A stretch of DNA of 33,117 nt, from positions 1-33,117 of the forward strand of contig DAOWEM010000287.1 in assembly GCA_030638535.1 (NCBI GenBank), given 5' to 3'. The notes beneath the pieces are model-generated. The model worked only from the letters and a program-made list of their open reading frames with translations, did no database searches and had not been told where the DNA came from. Positions 7,825-17,503 of the stretch are shown here, one piece after another. The DNA comes from Flavobacteriaceae bacterium (GTDB lineage: Bacteria > Bacteroidota > Bacteroidia > Flavobacteriales > Flavobacteriaceae). Each line of letters begins with the position of its first letter. The stretch's first letter is position 1. The translations under genes and the position numbers were made by a program.

Positions 7825-10452
7825 TTATCCTAAACTTGCTAAGCTCGCTTTAAGCGTTTCAATCTTTGCTAAAGCATCAGCTTCTTTTTTCTTTTCGCTT
7901 GCAACCACTTGCCCAGGTGCATTGTTTACAAAACGCTCATTAGACAGCTTCTTCTGCACCGATTTTAAAAAACCCTCGGTATAATTTAGCTCTTCTGTTA
8001 ATTTTTTAATCTCTTCCTCAACATCTATTGTACCTTTCATTGGTACAAAATACTCGTTAGATTTTACTCTAAAGGTTAAAGCTCCTTCAACTTTAGCATC
8101 TGTATAAGCGAGCTTAGAAATATTTCCTAATCTATCAATTACAACATCAAATGTTTTAGCAGCATTTTCATTATTCAAGATGTAGAGTTCAATCGCATCT
8201 TTAAACGCGATATTCTTTTGTTTTCTAATCTTTCTAATTCCTGAAATGACTTCCGCTGCAAAATCAAACTCGGCAATTAAATTCTTGTTTATAGGTTTAG
8301 TTTCCGGCCATTTAGCCACTATTAAAGCTTCCTCTGGTGTTCTAACTGCAATATGTTGCCAAATTTCTTCAGTTAAAAATGGCATAAATGGATGTAAAAT
8401 CTTTAAGTTATTCTCTAAAATGGCGATAATTGTCTTATGCGTCATACTATCAATTGGTTGTTGATATGCTGGTTTTACCATTTCAAGTAACCAAGAGCAG
8501 AAATCGTCCCAAATTAACCTATAAGTAGCCATTAAGGCATCACTTAGTCTATACTTACTATAGTGATCTTCAATTTCTATTAGTGTTTGTTGGAATTTGC
8601 TTTCAAACCAATCAATTGCAATTTTAGATGATTTGGGTTGCTCAATATCTGCAATTTCCCAGCCATTTATCAATCTAAAGGCATTCCATACTTTATTGGC
8701 AAAGGCTTTTCCTTGTTGACATAAGGCTTCATCAAAAGGAAGGTCATTCCCGGCAGGTGAACACATCAACATTCCAACACGAACACCATCTGCACCATAT
8801 TTTTTCATTAGCTCAATAGGCTCCGGTGAATTACCAAGAGACTTGCTCATTTTTCTCCCTTGTTTATCCCTAACTATGCCTGTGTAATACACATTTTTAA
8901 AAGGTAATTGTCCCCTATATTCATATCCTGAAATAATCATTCGTGCCACCCAAAAAAACATGATTTCCGGTGCTGTAACTAAATCGTTGGTTGGATAATA
9001 GTAGTTTATTTCTTCATTATCTGGATATCTTATTCCATCAAACACCGAAATCGGCCATAACCAGGATGAAAACCAGGTGTCTAACACATCTGAATCTTGC
9101 TTAAGGTCATTGAGAGTCAGGTTAGGATTATCGGTCTTTTCTTGAGCTAGTATTAATGCATTTTCTTTAGTCTTGGCAACTACAAAATCGTTCACACCTT
9201 CACCATAGAAAAACGCCGGGATTTGGTGTCCCCAAAACAATTGACGAGAAATATTCCAGTCTCTCACATTTTCCATCCAGTTTCGATACGAATTTTTAAA
9301 TTTTGCAGGATGAAACTGAATGTTATCATTCATCACATTATCCAAAGCAGGTTTAGCTAAATCTGCCATCTTTAAGAACCATTGCTTTGAAATTTTGGGT
9401 TCAATAACTGCTTTCGTGCGCTCACTTGTACCAACTTTATGTGTATAATCTTCAGTTTTTATTAATACTCCTAATGCTTCAAGTTCTTTTGCAGTATCTT
9501 CTCTTGCTAGTTCTCTATCTTTACCTTCATGGTGCAATCCATAATGGTTTAAAGTCGCATCATCATTCAAAATGTCAATAACCTCCAAATTATGACGCTC
9601 ACCAATCTCCTTGTCATTGATATCGTGTGCCGGAGTAATCTTTAAACATCCTGTACCAAATTCCATATCTACATAATCATCCGAAATTATTGGTACTACA
9701 CGATTACAAATGGGAACAATAACTTTTTTCCCTATTATGTTAGAAAAGCGATCGTCCTTAGGATTAACACAAACCGCAGTATCTCCCAAAATAGTTTCAG
9801 GACGTGTAGTCGCAATGGTTACAAAACCATCTTCTCCTTCAATTTTATATTTTACGTAATACAATTTGTCTGTACGTTCAATATGAATTACTTCTTCATC
9901 AGACAAAGTTGTTTTTGCTACTGGATCCCAATTTACCATTCGGTAACCTCGATAAATCAATCCTTTGCTATATAAATCTATAAAAACATTAATAACGGAT
10001 TCAGACAGGTCATCATCCATCGTGAATTTTGTGCGTTCCCAATCACAAGAACATCCTAATTTTTTTAATTGCTCAAGAATAATGCCTCCATGTTTATGTG
10101 TCCAGTCCCAGGCATGTTTTAAGAATTCCTCGCGAGAGATATCAGATTTTTCGATACCTTCGTCTTTCAATTTAGCTACAACCCTTGCTTCTGTTGCAAT
10201 TGAGGCATGATCTGTACCAGGAACCCAACATGCATTATATCCTTTTAATCGCGCACGACGTATCAACACATCTTGAATAGTATTGTTAAGCATGTGCCCC
10301 ATATGTAAGACTCCTGTTACGTTTGGTGGTGGAATAACAATTGTATAAGGCTCCCTTTGGTCTGGTATTGAATGAAAATAATTATGGGTCATCCAGTAAT
10401 CATACCACTTGTCTTCTACCTTATTTGCATCATATTGTGATGGAATATTCAT
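7825..10452 (-). CDS. valS: Valine--tRNA ligase
   Basis: PPPNVTGVLHMGH (HIGH), ATTRPET, DWNISRQLFWGH, KMSKS and a C-terminal coiled coil. Confidence 0.99.
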   Translation of the reverse strand: MNIPSQYDANKVEDKWYDYWMTHNYFHSIPDQREPYTIVIPPPNVTGVLHMGHMLNNTIQDVLIRRARLKGYNACWVPGTDHASIATEARVVAKLKDEGIEKSDISREEFLKHAWDWTHKHGGIILEQLKKLGCSCDWERTKFTMDDDLSESVINVFIDLYSKGLIYRGYRMVNWDPVAKTTLSDEEVIHIERTDKLYYVKYKIEGEDGFVTIATTRPETILGDTAVCVNPKDDRFSNIIGKKVIVPICNRVVPIISDDYVDMEFGTGCLKITPAHDINDKEIGERHNLEVIDILNDDATLNHYGLHHEGKDRELAREDTAKELEALGVLIKTEDYTHKVGTSERTKAVIEPKISKQWFLKMADLAKPALDNVMNDNIQFHPAKFKNSYRNWMENVRDWNISRQLFWGHQIPAFFYGEGVNDFVVAKTKENALILAQEKTDNPNLTLNDLKQDSDVLDTWFSSWLWPISVFDGIRYPDNEEINYYYPTNDLVTAPEIMFFWVARMIISGYEYRGQLPFKNVYYTGIVRDKQGRKMSKSLGNSPEPIELMKKYGADGVRVGMLMCSPAGNDLPFDEALCQQGKAFANKVWNAFRLINGWEIADIEQPKSSKIAIDWFESKFQQTLIEIEDHYSKYRLSDALMATYRLIWDDFCSWLLEMVKPAYQQPIDSMTHKTIIAILENNLKILHPFMPFLTEEIWQHIAVRTPEEALIVAKWPETKPINKNLIAEFDFAAEVISGIRKIRKQKNIAFKDAIELYILNNENAAKTFDVVIDRLGNISKLAYTDAKVEGALTFRVKSNEYFVPMKGTIDVEEEIKKLTEELNYTEGFLKSVQKKLSNERFVNNAPGQVVASEKKKEADALAKIETLKASLASLG

Positions 10453-10615
10453 CTATTTTAAAATTTTTATTTGTTTAAAATGAAGGAAATAAAAATTTCT
10501 TCACTCCTTTAAACGCTTTGCTTTCACATCAAAAAATTCATCAATGTAGAAATAAATTGATTAATTTTATTGATACTCATTTCATACTTTGGAATAGTTT
10601 TTGAACGTTAATGTG

Positions 10616-10623
10616 CAAAAGTA
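10616..10623 (-). promoter_or_regulatory. Putative -7 box of the valS promoter
   Basis: Minus strand TACTTTTG matches TAnnTTTG, about 165 nt upstream of the valS ATG. Confidence 0.5.
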
Positions 10624-10844
10624 CTTATATTTCTTTTTCTGTAAAATTATAATGCACAATTATATAAGTTTAATATATTTATGTAAATGCATTACATCTA
10701 ATATTTTTGCACAATGAACAAAAAGTAAGTATGTTTACGTTGAATTAAAATGATGAAATGAGCATAATTAAGGATTTCAGTACAAACTGTAATGTTTATT
10801 ATGCAAATTACATCTGACATCTAATAACAATAAAAATTAAAAAG

Positions 10845-11276
10845 ATGAAACATTTAATGACAATTTTATTTATCGGATTAATCAGTTTTTCAATAAATGC
10901 TCAAGAAAAAGGAGCAAAAATTGAATTTAAAACTGATGTAATTGATTACGGAACCATTGAAAAAGGTGCAGATGGTGTAAGAATTTTTGAATTTACCAAT
11001 ACCGGTGATGCTCCTCTTATTATTACTAAAGTTAAGTCAAGTTGTGGTTGTACAGTTCCAAGTTGGCCAAAAGAACCAATTATACCTGCAGAAACTGGAG
11101 AAATAAAAGTAAAGTATGACACCAAAAGAGTAATGCCTATTAGAAAGACTATAACTGTTACATCTAATGCTGTAGGCAAGCCAACTGTTGCTTTAAAAAT
11201 TAAAGGGTTGGTTGTAGATACTAACAAAAAGAGTGTATTGGATAAGAAAAACAAAAGTGTTTTAGAAAAAAACTAA
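10845..11276 (+). CDS. DUF1573 domain exported Ig-like protein
   Basis: Signal peptide ending INA-Q; FEFTNTGDAPLII, SSCGCT and PIIPAETGEIKVKYD. Confidence 0.9.
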   Translation: MKHLMTILFIGLISFSINAQEKGAKIEFKTDVIDYGTIEKGADGVRIFEFTNTGDAPLIITKVKSSCGCTVPSWPKEPIIPAETGEIKVKYDTKRVMPIRKTITVTSNAVGKPTVALKIKGLVVDTNKKSVLDKKNKSVLEKN

Positions 11277-11309
11277 AGTGAATTTAAATTATTTTAAAAG
11301 CCCTTTTTT

Positions 11310-11353
11310 TGAAGTACCCCCAAAAAGTTAAACACTTTTTGGGGGTGTTTTTA
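11310..11353. terminator. Hairpin between convergent genes, probable terminator (IS3-like terminal sequence)
   Basis: ACCCCCAAAAAG (11316-11327) / CTTTTTGGGGGT (11335-11346) form a 12-bp perfect stem with a 7-nt loop, followed by GTTTTT. Confidence 0.7.
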
Positions 11354-12685
11354 TTATAACAAATTTTCTAATCTAAAATTAATTTTTAATTGAATTCCTT
11401 TTCTATCAATCAATAAACTAATGCGTTTGCCTTCCTCTCCATAGAACATTTGAATAATTTCTTGTAAAGAATATAAATGCGCTTTTTTATTATTAACCGC
11501 CAAAATAACATCTCCAAGTTTTAATCCAGCCCTATGTGAAGGAGAATCTTTCCTTATCTCAACAATTGTAAAGGATGATACCAGTGAATATTTGTAAGAA
11601 TCAGCTACAAACATATTAACCGCTTCAGATTCAGACTTAGAGTAGAATCGAGTTATTTTCGAATTTCTATCAATCTGTTTTACAACCCGAACCCCACTGT
11701 GTTCTAATGTAATGCCGCTTTTATTGTAATAAAATGGGATGCTAAAATTACTATTCTTTTTCAGTGTGATTTTTGCTTTTTTATAATCAAAAATTATATT
11801 AAACCGTTTTAAAACTTCACCTGACAGGCTTCCATTTCGATCTTTTATTTTTTTTGCATATGATATAGATGTAGAATCTGGAAAGGCTACATTTATTTTT
11901 TTTAATTTGAAACCTGCTATTGAGAATTCATCAAGTTTTGATCTCTTACCATACACACTTCCACTTAAACCTCTTCCTAAAAAATCTTCAAAAGAGTTAT
12001 TAGGTATTAATATATCTTCATCTTCAAATAACCATAATGAATCACTTCCTCCTGAGTCTATTAACAATTTTACTTGCCTATTAACTCCATTCATGTAGAT
12101 CGAACCATTTATATAGGGTTTATTATTATGGAATTCTATATTGAGTGATTTACATTTATTGCATTTTTTAGGACTATAACTTTCAGGATCATGTAGTTTT
12201 ATGTATTTACTGGTATAATTAACTTCAACAACAAAATCCTTTAAAAGATCGTATCCAATAATACCATGAATAGGGACTCCAAGTCGTGGCGCAAAATTTA
12301 TGGCCGGATCAAAAACTGCATATAAATCCTGACTTATATTAATAGCCTCTCCTATTTTAAAAATATTATTTCTAGATTTAAGGGCTTCTATAGACTCCCC
12401 TTCACCCAGACCTCTTAAAAATATACGTTCTGCATCATTAATTTGAAGCTGTTCGGTAAGATTTAAAAAATTAAAAATTATAGGTTTACTTATTCCTGTA
12501 TCCAATAAAAATGATAGCTCTACACCATTTATTTCTACAGGAATTACTATAAGATTATTAATAAGTTTAAAACTAATTCTATCCTTGTTCCCTTTTTGTA
12601 AGACAAACTCTCCCTGTGCAAAACTCTGCAAACAGATTACACTACAAAAAATAAAAATAAAATAGCTTTTCATCGTATAACTCAT
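11354..12685 (-). CDS. Exported retropepsin-like aspartyl protease (two lobes) with C-terminal PDZ domain
   Basis: FLLDTG and LLIDSG catalytic motifs, GIIGYDLL, and PDZ SPSHRAGLKLGDVILAVN; signal peptide. The start may be the second Met at 12673. Confidence 0.88.
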   Translation of the reverse strand: MSYTMKSYFIFIFCSVICLQSFAQGEFVLQKGNKDRISFKLINNLIVIPVEINGVELSFLLDTGISKPIIFNFLNLTEQLQINDAERIFLRGLGEGESIEALKSRNNIFKIGEAINISQDLYAVFDPAINFAPRLGVPIHGIIGYDLLKDFVVEVNYTSKYIKLHDPESYSPKKCNKCKSLNIEFHNNKPYINGSIYMNGVNRQVKLLIDSGGSDSLWLFEDEDILIPNNSFEDFLGRGLSGSVYGKRSKLDEFSIAGFKLKKINVAFPDSTSISYAKKIKDRNGSLSGEVLKRFNIIFDYKKAKITLKKNSNFSIPFYYNKSGITLEHSGVRVVKQIDRNSKITRFYSKSESEAVNMFVADSYKYSLVSSFTIVEIRKDSPSHRAGLKLGDVILAVNNKKAHLYSLQEIIQMFYGEEGKRISLLIDRKGIQLKINFRLENLL

Positions 12686-12806
12686 TTTCTAAAACATGGC
12701 CATACACAATTTACAAATCTTTTAAGGAAATAATTTATAAAGGTCCATATTTTAAAAAAACTTTAAGATAAATTTTGCAACTTTGCATTTATCAAATAAT
12801 AAACGA

Positions 12807-13997
12807 ATGCCAGCAATTTCAATTAAAGGAATGTCTATGCCACAATCGCCAATACGTAAATTGGTGCCATACGCTGAAGACGCAAAAAAGAGAGGTACAA
12901 AAGTATTTCATTTAAATATTGGACAACCAGATATCAAAACACCTCGAGTAGCCCTTGATGCTGTTAAGAATAATACTCTGGAAGTTGTAGCATATAGTCG
13001 TTCTGAAGGGTCGGAAGAGTACAGAACTAAAATCGCCAATTATTACTCAAAAAATGATATATCAGTAAATGCAAACAATATTATAGTAACTACCGGAGGT
13101 AGTGAAGCTTTACTATTTACTTTTGGTAGTATAATGGATACCGGCGATGAAGTTATTATTCCAGAACCTTTCTACGCTAATTATAATGGGTTTTCTATAG
13201 CTTCAGGTGTAAAGATAGTACCTGTTATATCTAAAATTGAAGACAACTTTGCTTTGCCTCCTATTGATGAATTTGAAAAGCTAATCACTCCAAAAACAAA
13301 AGCTATTCTTATTTGTAATCCTGGAAATCCTACAGGATATCTTTATAGCAAGGAAGAAATTAAAAAATTAGCCGAAATTGTTAAGGCACACGACTTATTT
13401 TTAATTGCTGATGAAGTATATCGTGAATTTGCTTACGATGGCGCCAAGCATTATTCTATTATGCAAGAGGAAGGATTAGAAGAATATGCCATTATGATTG
13501 ATTCGGTTTCTAAGCGATATAGTATGTGTGGCGCAAGAATTGGCTGTATTGTTTCAAAAAACTCAGCAGTAATAGAGACTGCCTTAAAATTTGCTCAAGC
13601 AAGGTTATCACCTCCTACTTACGCACAAATTGCTAGTGAAGCTGCTTTAGAAACACCACAAAGTTATTTTGATGATGTTATAAGCGAATATGTTGCAAGA
13701 CGAAATACACTAATTGAAGAATTACAAAAAATTGAAGGTGTTAAAGTTGCAAAACCTAAAGGTGCTTTTTATTGTATTGCAGAATTACCCGTTAATAATG
13801 CTGATGATTTTGCACAATGGCTTTTAGAAGATTTTGAACTCAACGGAGAAACTGTAATGGTGGCTCCTGCAGCAGGATTTTATTCGACTAAAGGTTTGGG
13901 ATTAAACCAAATTAGAATTGCATACGTACTTAAAAAAGAAGATTTAATATCTTCCGTCAATATTTTAAAAGAAGCATTAAAACAATATAATGCTTAA
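12807..13997 (+). CDS. PLP-dependent aminotransferase class I/II (aspartate aminotransferase-like)
   Basis: LNIGQPD, NPGNPTG, ADEVY and DSVSKRYSMCGARIG (PLP lysine). ATG 12807 preferred over TTG 12783. Confidence 0.93.
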   Translation: MPAISIKGMSMPQSPIRKLVPYAEDAKKRGTKVFHLNIGQPDIKTPRVALDAVKNNTLEVVAYSRSEGSEEYRTKIANYYSKNDISVNANNIIVTTGGSEALLFTFGSIMDTGDEVIIPEPFYANYNGFSIASGVKIVPVISKIEDNFALPPIDEFEKLITPKTKAILICNPGNPTGYLYSKEEIKKLAEIVKAHDLFLIADEVYREFAYDGAKHYSIMQEEGLEEYAIMIDSVSKRYSMCGARIGCIVSKNSAVIETALKFAQARLSPPTYAQIASEAALETPQSYFDDVISEYVARRNTLIEELQKIEGVKVAKPKGAFYCIAELPVNNADDFAQWLLEDFELNGETVMVAPAAGFYSTKGLGLNQIRIAYVLKKEDLISSVNILKEALKQYNA

Positions 13998-15010
13998 TGA
14001 CTATTTTAAGCAACATATCTCTAAAACCATACAATACCTTTGGTATCGATGTTAAAGCCAAACATTTTGTTTCGGTAAAGAGTATTGAGGAACTAAAGTC
14101 TATTTTAAAATTAAAACAGTATCCAGAAAAATTTATTCTTGGTGGTGGCAGTAATATGTTACTTACAAAGGATATTGAAGCTCTGGTCATACATATAGAT
14201 TTTAAAGGTATAGAGATTCTTTCTAAGGATAAAAACACAGTAAATATTAGAGCTTCAGCTGGAGAGAATTGGCATGATTTAGTATTATGGTGTTTGACGC
14301 AAGATTTTGGTGGCATAGAAAATCTATCACTTATCCCTGGCAATGTAGGCACTGCACCTATTCAAAACATTGGTGCTTATGGTGTTGAACTTAAAGATGT
14401 TTTTGTTGAATGTCAAGCTTTGCATGCAAACTCACTTAAAATAAAAACCTTTACTAAAAAAGATTGCAATTTCGATTATCGTAATTCAATCTTTAAAAAA
14501 GATATCAAAGGCGAATATATTATTACAAGTATCACTTTAAATCTCACTACCAAAATCCATAAATTGAAAACATCTTATGGTGCAATTACAGAAGAGCTGA
14601 ACAAAATGAATATTAAAAATCCTACTATTAAAGATATTTCAAATGCAGTAATTACAATAAGGGAATCAAAATTGCCAAATCCAAAACTTATTGGTAATAG
14701 CGGAAGCTTTTTTAAAAACCCAATTATTACAAAATCTCATTTCAATACACTGAAAATTAATTTTCCTGAAATACCCAGCTATTTAGTTTCAGAAAACAAA
14801 ATAAAAATTCCTGCAGGTTGGCTCATAGAACATCTTGGTTTTAAAGGAAAACGTTTTGGTAATTATGGCGTGCATGAAAAACAAGCCTTAGTATTAGTGA
14901 ATTATGATGATGCTGAAGGTGACGATATTTTTAAATTATCGCAACTTATACAATCTACGGTTAAACGAATTTTTAACATTAATTTAGAAATAGAAGTAAA
15001 TATTATTTAA
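13997..15010 (+). CDS. murB: UDP-N-acetylenolpyruvoylglucosamine reductase
   Basis: NTFGI, LGGGSN, IPGNVGTAPIQNIGAYG, YRNS, GNSGSFFKNP, HEKQALVLVN and LEIEV. Confidence 0.97.
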   Translation: MTILSNISLKPYNTFGIDVKAKHFVSVKSIEELKSILKLKQYPEKFILGGGSNMLLTKDIEALVIHIDFKGIEILSKDKNTVNIRASAGENWHDLVLWCLTQDFGGIENLSLIPGNVGTAPIQNIGAYGVELKDVFVECQALHANSLKIKTFTKKDCNFDYRNSIFKKDIKGEYIITSITLNLTTKIHKLKTSYGAITEELNKMNIKNPTIKDISNAVITIRESKLPNPKLIGNSGSFFKNPIITKSHFNTLKINFPEIPSYLVSENKIKIPAGWLIEHLGFKGKRFGNYGVHEKQALVLVNYDDAEGDDIFKLSQLIQSTVKRIFNINLEIEVNII

Positions 15011-15040
15011 ACTTGTACGTTATTAAATGAAAATAATAAT

Positions 15041-15571
15041 TTGATTTCAAAATTAGAGCAACATATAGTAAGTCTTTTAAAAGAAGGTGATAAAAGAGCA
15101 ATTCCGTTAATTTATGAGAATTATTCGGGTTCGCTACTTGGTGTAATACATAAAATAACAAAAGACCGTGCTTTAGCAGAAGATGCACTACAAGAAAGTT
15201 TTATTAAAATTTGGAAAAACGCTGAAAAATACGACTCCAATAAAGCCAAATTATTTACCTGGCTCTATAGAATTGCAAGAAATACTGCTATTGATAAGTT
15301 AAGAAGCCATAATATAAAGTTTACCAAAGAAATCCAAATTGCCGACACTAACGTATATAAATTATCAACATCAGGTTTAAATCAAGACACAATAGATTTA
15401 AAAAAACATGTTGCTAGCCTAGAAACTAAATATCAAATTGTATTAAAGGCTTTGTATTTTGAAGGCATGACTCAACAAGAAGCCAGCGAAGAATTAAGCA
15501 TTCCTTTAGGTACAATTAAATCTAGGTTAAAAATTGGATTACGAGAACTTAAAAAAATCTATAATCCTTAA
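15041..15571 (+). CDS. ECF RNA polymerase sigma factor (SigK-like)
   Basis: Region 2 AEDALQESFIKIW...TWLYRIARNTAID and region 4 EASEELSIPLGTIKSRL; TTG start. Confidence 0.92.
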   Translation: MISKLEQHIVSLLKEGDKRAIPLIYENYSGSLLGVIHKITKDRALAEDALQESFIKIWKNAEKYDSNKAKLFTWLYRIARNTAIDKLRSHNIKFTKEIQIADTNVYKLSTSGLNQDTIDLKKHVASLETKYQIVLKALYFEGMTQQEASEELSIPLGTIKSRLKIGLRELKKIYNP

Positions 15572-15583
15572 AAAGTTGAAATC

Positions 15584-16375
15584 ATGGAAAAAGAAGTACA
15601 CGATTTTTTAGAGACAGGTTTATTAGACAAATACTTAATAGGTGCAACAACAAAATATGAAACCGAAAAAGTAGAAGAGTATATTGCTAAATACCCAGAC
15701 ATTAAAGAAGAATATGATATTTTGCAAGTTCAGTTAGAATTGGCTGCAAGGCCTAAAGCTATCCAACCTCCTTCTAATACTTTAGATACCATTATAAAAG
15801 CTATAGATAATACAAATGTTATTCAACTAAATACGAGACACAAAATTCCACTTTGGTTTAGTATTGCAGCAAGTGTTGCAACTCTTATTTTTGCAGGAAG
15901 CTCTTATATGTTTTATAATCAAAATAAGAGTCTTTTAAATGAAAACAACACTATAGTAGAAGAAGTTTTTGATTTAAGAAGCGATATCGAAAAAAATAAT
16001 GATAAGCTCGATAAAGTGATGCGACAGCTCATGAAACTAAACAACCCCGAAACTCAAAAATATGTGCTTCGTGGAAATGAGAGTGCTATAGATCTTAAAA
16101 CAGTAGCTTATATTAATCCTATTGATAAATCGTCGTTGATTGATGTGGTTTCTTTACCCGAACTTTCAGAAGAGCAATGCTATCAAATGTGGGCTAAATT
16201 GCAAGACAAAATGGTAAGCCTTGGTATTTTAGATATAAACGATCGTAAATTAAAATCTGTTCCCTATATAGAAAATGCTTTAAGCTTAAGTATTACTATT
16301 GAACCAAAAGGTGGTAATGATAGTGCTTCATTAGAAAATGCAGTTGCTCAAATATTGCTTAATCATGAGAATTAG
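15584..16375 (+). CDS. Anti-sigma factor, RskA-like
   Basis: Directly follows the ECF gene. N-terminal GLLDKYLIG domain, one TM (WFSIAASVATLIF), coiled coil, and C-terminal YQMW...SLG...ITIEPKGG. Confidence 0.85.
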   Translation: MEKEVHDFLETGLLDKYLIGATTKYETEKVEEYIAKYPDIKEEYDILQVQLELAARPKAIQPPSNTLDTIIKAIDNTNVIQLNTRHKIPLWFSIAASVATLIFAGSSYMFYNQNKSLLNENNTIVEEVFDLRSDIEKNNDKLDKVMRQLMKLNNPETQKYVLRGNESAIDLKTVAYINPIDKSSLIDVVSLPELSEEQCYQMWAKLQDKMVSLGILDINDRKLKSVPYIENALSLSITIEPKGGNDSASLENAVAQILLNHEN

Positions 16376-17063
16376 TTGCCAAACCATATTTCCAGATTAA
16401 CGTTCCTAAAACCCCTCCTGCAATTGGTGCAACTATAAACAACCATAATTGTTGTATTGCCATCCCTTGAGTAAAAACAGCAGGGCCTAAACTTCTTGCT
16501 GGATTAACAGAAGTTCCCGTAATTGGAATCACAACCATATGTATTAAAGCTAAAGTTAAGCCAATAGCTAGGCCTGCCATTGTAGAATTTCCTAATTTTG
16601 ATGTTACTGCATGAATTACAATTAAAAAAATTGCTGTAAAAACTAACTCTGCAATAAAAGCCGATTGCATAGAATAATTTCCTAAATAACCTTCTCCCCA
16701 ACCGTTTGAACCGTAAGCCCATTCTGTTGCTTCAAATCCATTTTGCCCATTCAATAATACTGACAAAACAAAGGCAGCTATAATTGCTCCAATAGATTGT
16801 GACACAATATAAATTACTGTGTCTTTTACAGAAAGTTTTCCTGCAATTAACATTCCAATAGAAATTGCCGGATTAATATGGCAACCAGAAATAGGGCCAA
16901 TAGCATATACCATTACTACCACAGCCAAACCAAAGGCTAGTGAAATTCCTAAAAGTCCCAAGCCTGAAACCGCTCCAACAGATCCTCCTGCAATTGCAGC
17001 AGCTCCACAGCCAAATAAAACAAGGCAAAATGTGCCAAAAGATTCTGATAAATATTTTTTCAT
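16359..17063 (-). CDS. aqpZ: Aquaporin Z (orthodox water channel)
   Basis: ISGCHINPA and TSVNPARS; H, T and R of the ar/R filter in LIHMVVIPITGTSVNPAR; six TM segments. Confidence 0.9.
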   Translation of the reverse strand: MKKYLSESFGTFCLVLFGCGAAAIAGGSVGAVSGLGLLGISLAFGLAVVVMVYAIGPISGCHINPAISIGMLIAGKLSVKDTVIYIVSQSIGAIIAAFVLSVLLNGQNGFEATEWAYGSNGWGEGYLGNYSMQSAFIAELVFTAIFLIVIHAVTSKLGNSTMAGLAIGLTLALIHMVVIPITGTSVNPARSLGPAVFTQGMAIQQLWLFIVAPIAGGVLGTLIWKYGLATNSHD

Positions 17064-17267
17064 AATTTTAATTTATTAATGATTAGTACTGCCAATATAT
17101 TAAATTATGTAAAAACTATCATTTTATTTTACTAACAATCAACCTATTACAAACAAAAAACATACTTACATAAGTACTAATTATAACCCTTGAAACCCAA
17201 ACCATAAAACTAATAATTGTTAATATTTCTAATAAAACAATTGATATAGTTTATTAGATAAAAGGCT

Positions 17268-17275
17268 TATCTTTG
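17268..17275 (+). promoter_or_regulatory. Putative -7 promoter box
   Basis: TATCTTTG 17 nt before ATG 17293. Confidence 0.6.
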
Positions 17276-17292
17276 CATAAATCATTTTAGTA

Positions 17293-17496
17293 ATGAAACT
17301 CTTCTTAATTACTCTACTCCTTTTAGGTATTGCTATTGCAGGAATTGCAATAAAAATCTGGGCAAAAAAAGACGGCAAATTTGCAGGCACATGTGCCAGT
17401 CAAAATCCGGCACTTAATAAAGATGGTGATGCTTGTGGTTTTTGTGGAAAGACTCCAGATCAATTTAAAGATTGTGACGAACCTCATCAATCTTAA
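17293..17496 (+). CDS. Small single-TM protein with four cysteines (NqrM/DUF539-like architecture)
   Basis: N-terminal TM, then GTCAS...CGFCG...C; promoter box upstream; 7 nt from the next gene. Confidence 0.75.
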   Translation: MKLFLITLLLLGIAIAGIAIKIWAKKDGKFAGTCASQNPALNKDGDACGFCGKTPDQFKDCDEPHQS

Positions 17497-17503
17497 TAAA
17501 TAA

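Noticed and set aside
10524-10580. 18-aa minus-strand ORF MSINKINQFISTLMNFLM in the valS leader as a leader peptide
   Set aside because: It has no valine codons, so it cannot sense Val-tRNA. No T-box motif was seen in the leader either.
8246-16722. ORFs 8246-8464, 9965-10210, 10946-11254, 11907-12098, 13957-14352, 15003-15188 and 16504-16722
   Set aside because: Shadow or alternate-frame ORFs over clearly identified genes.
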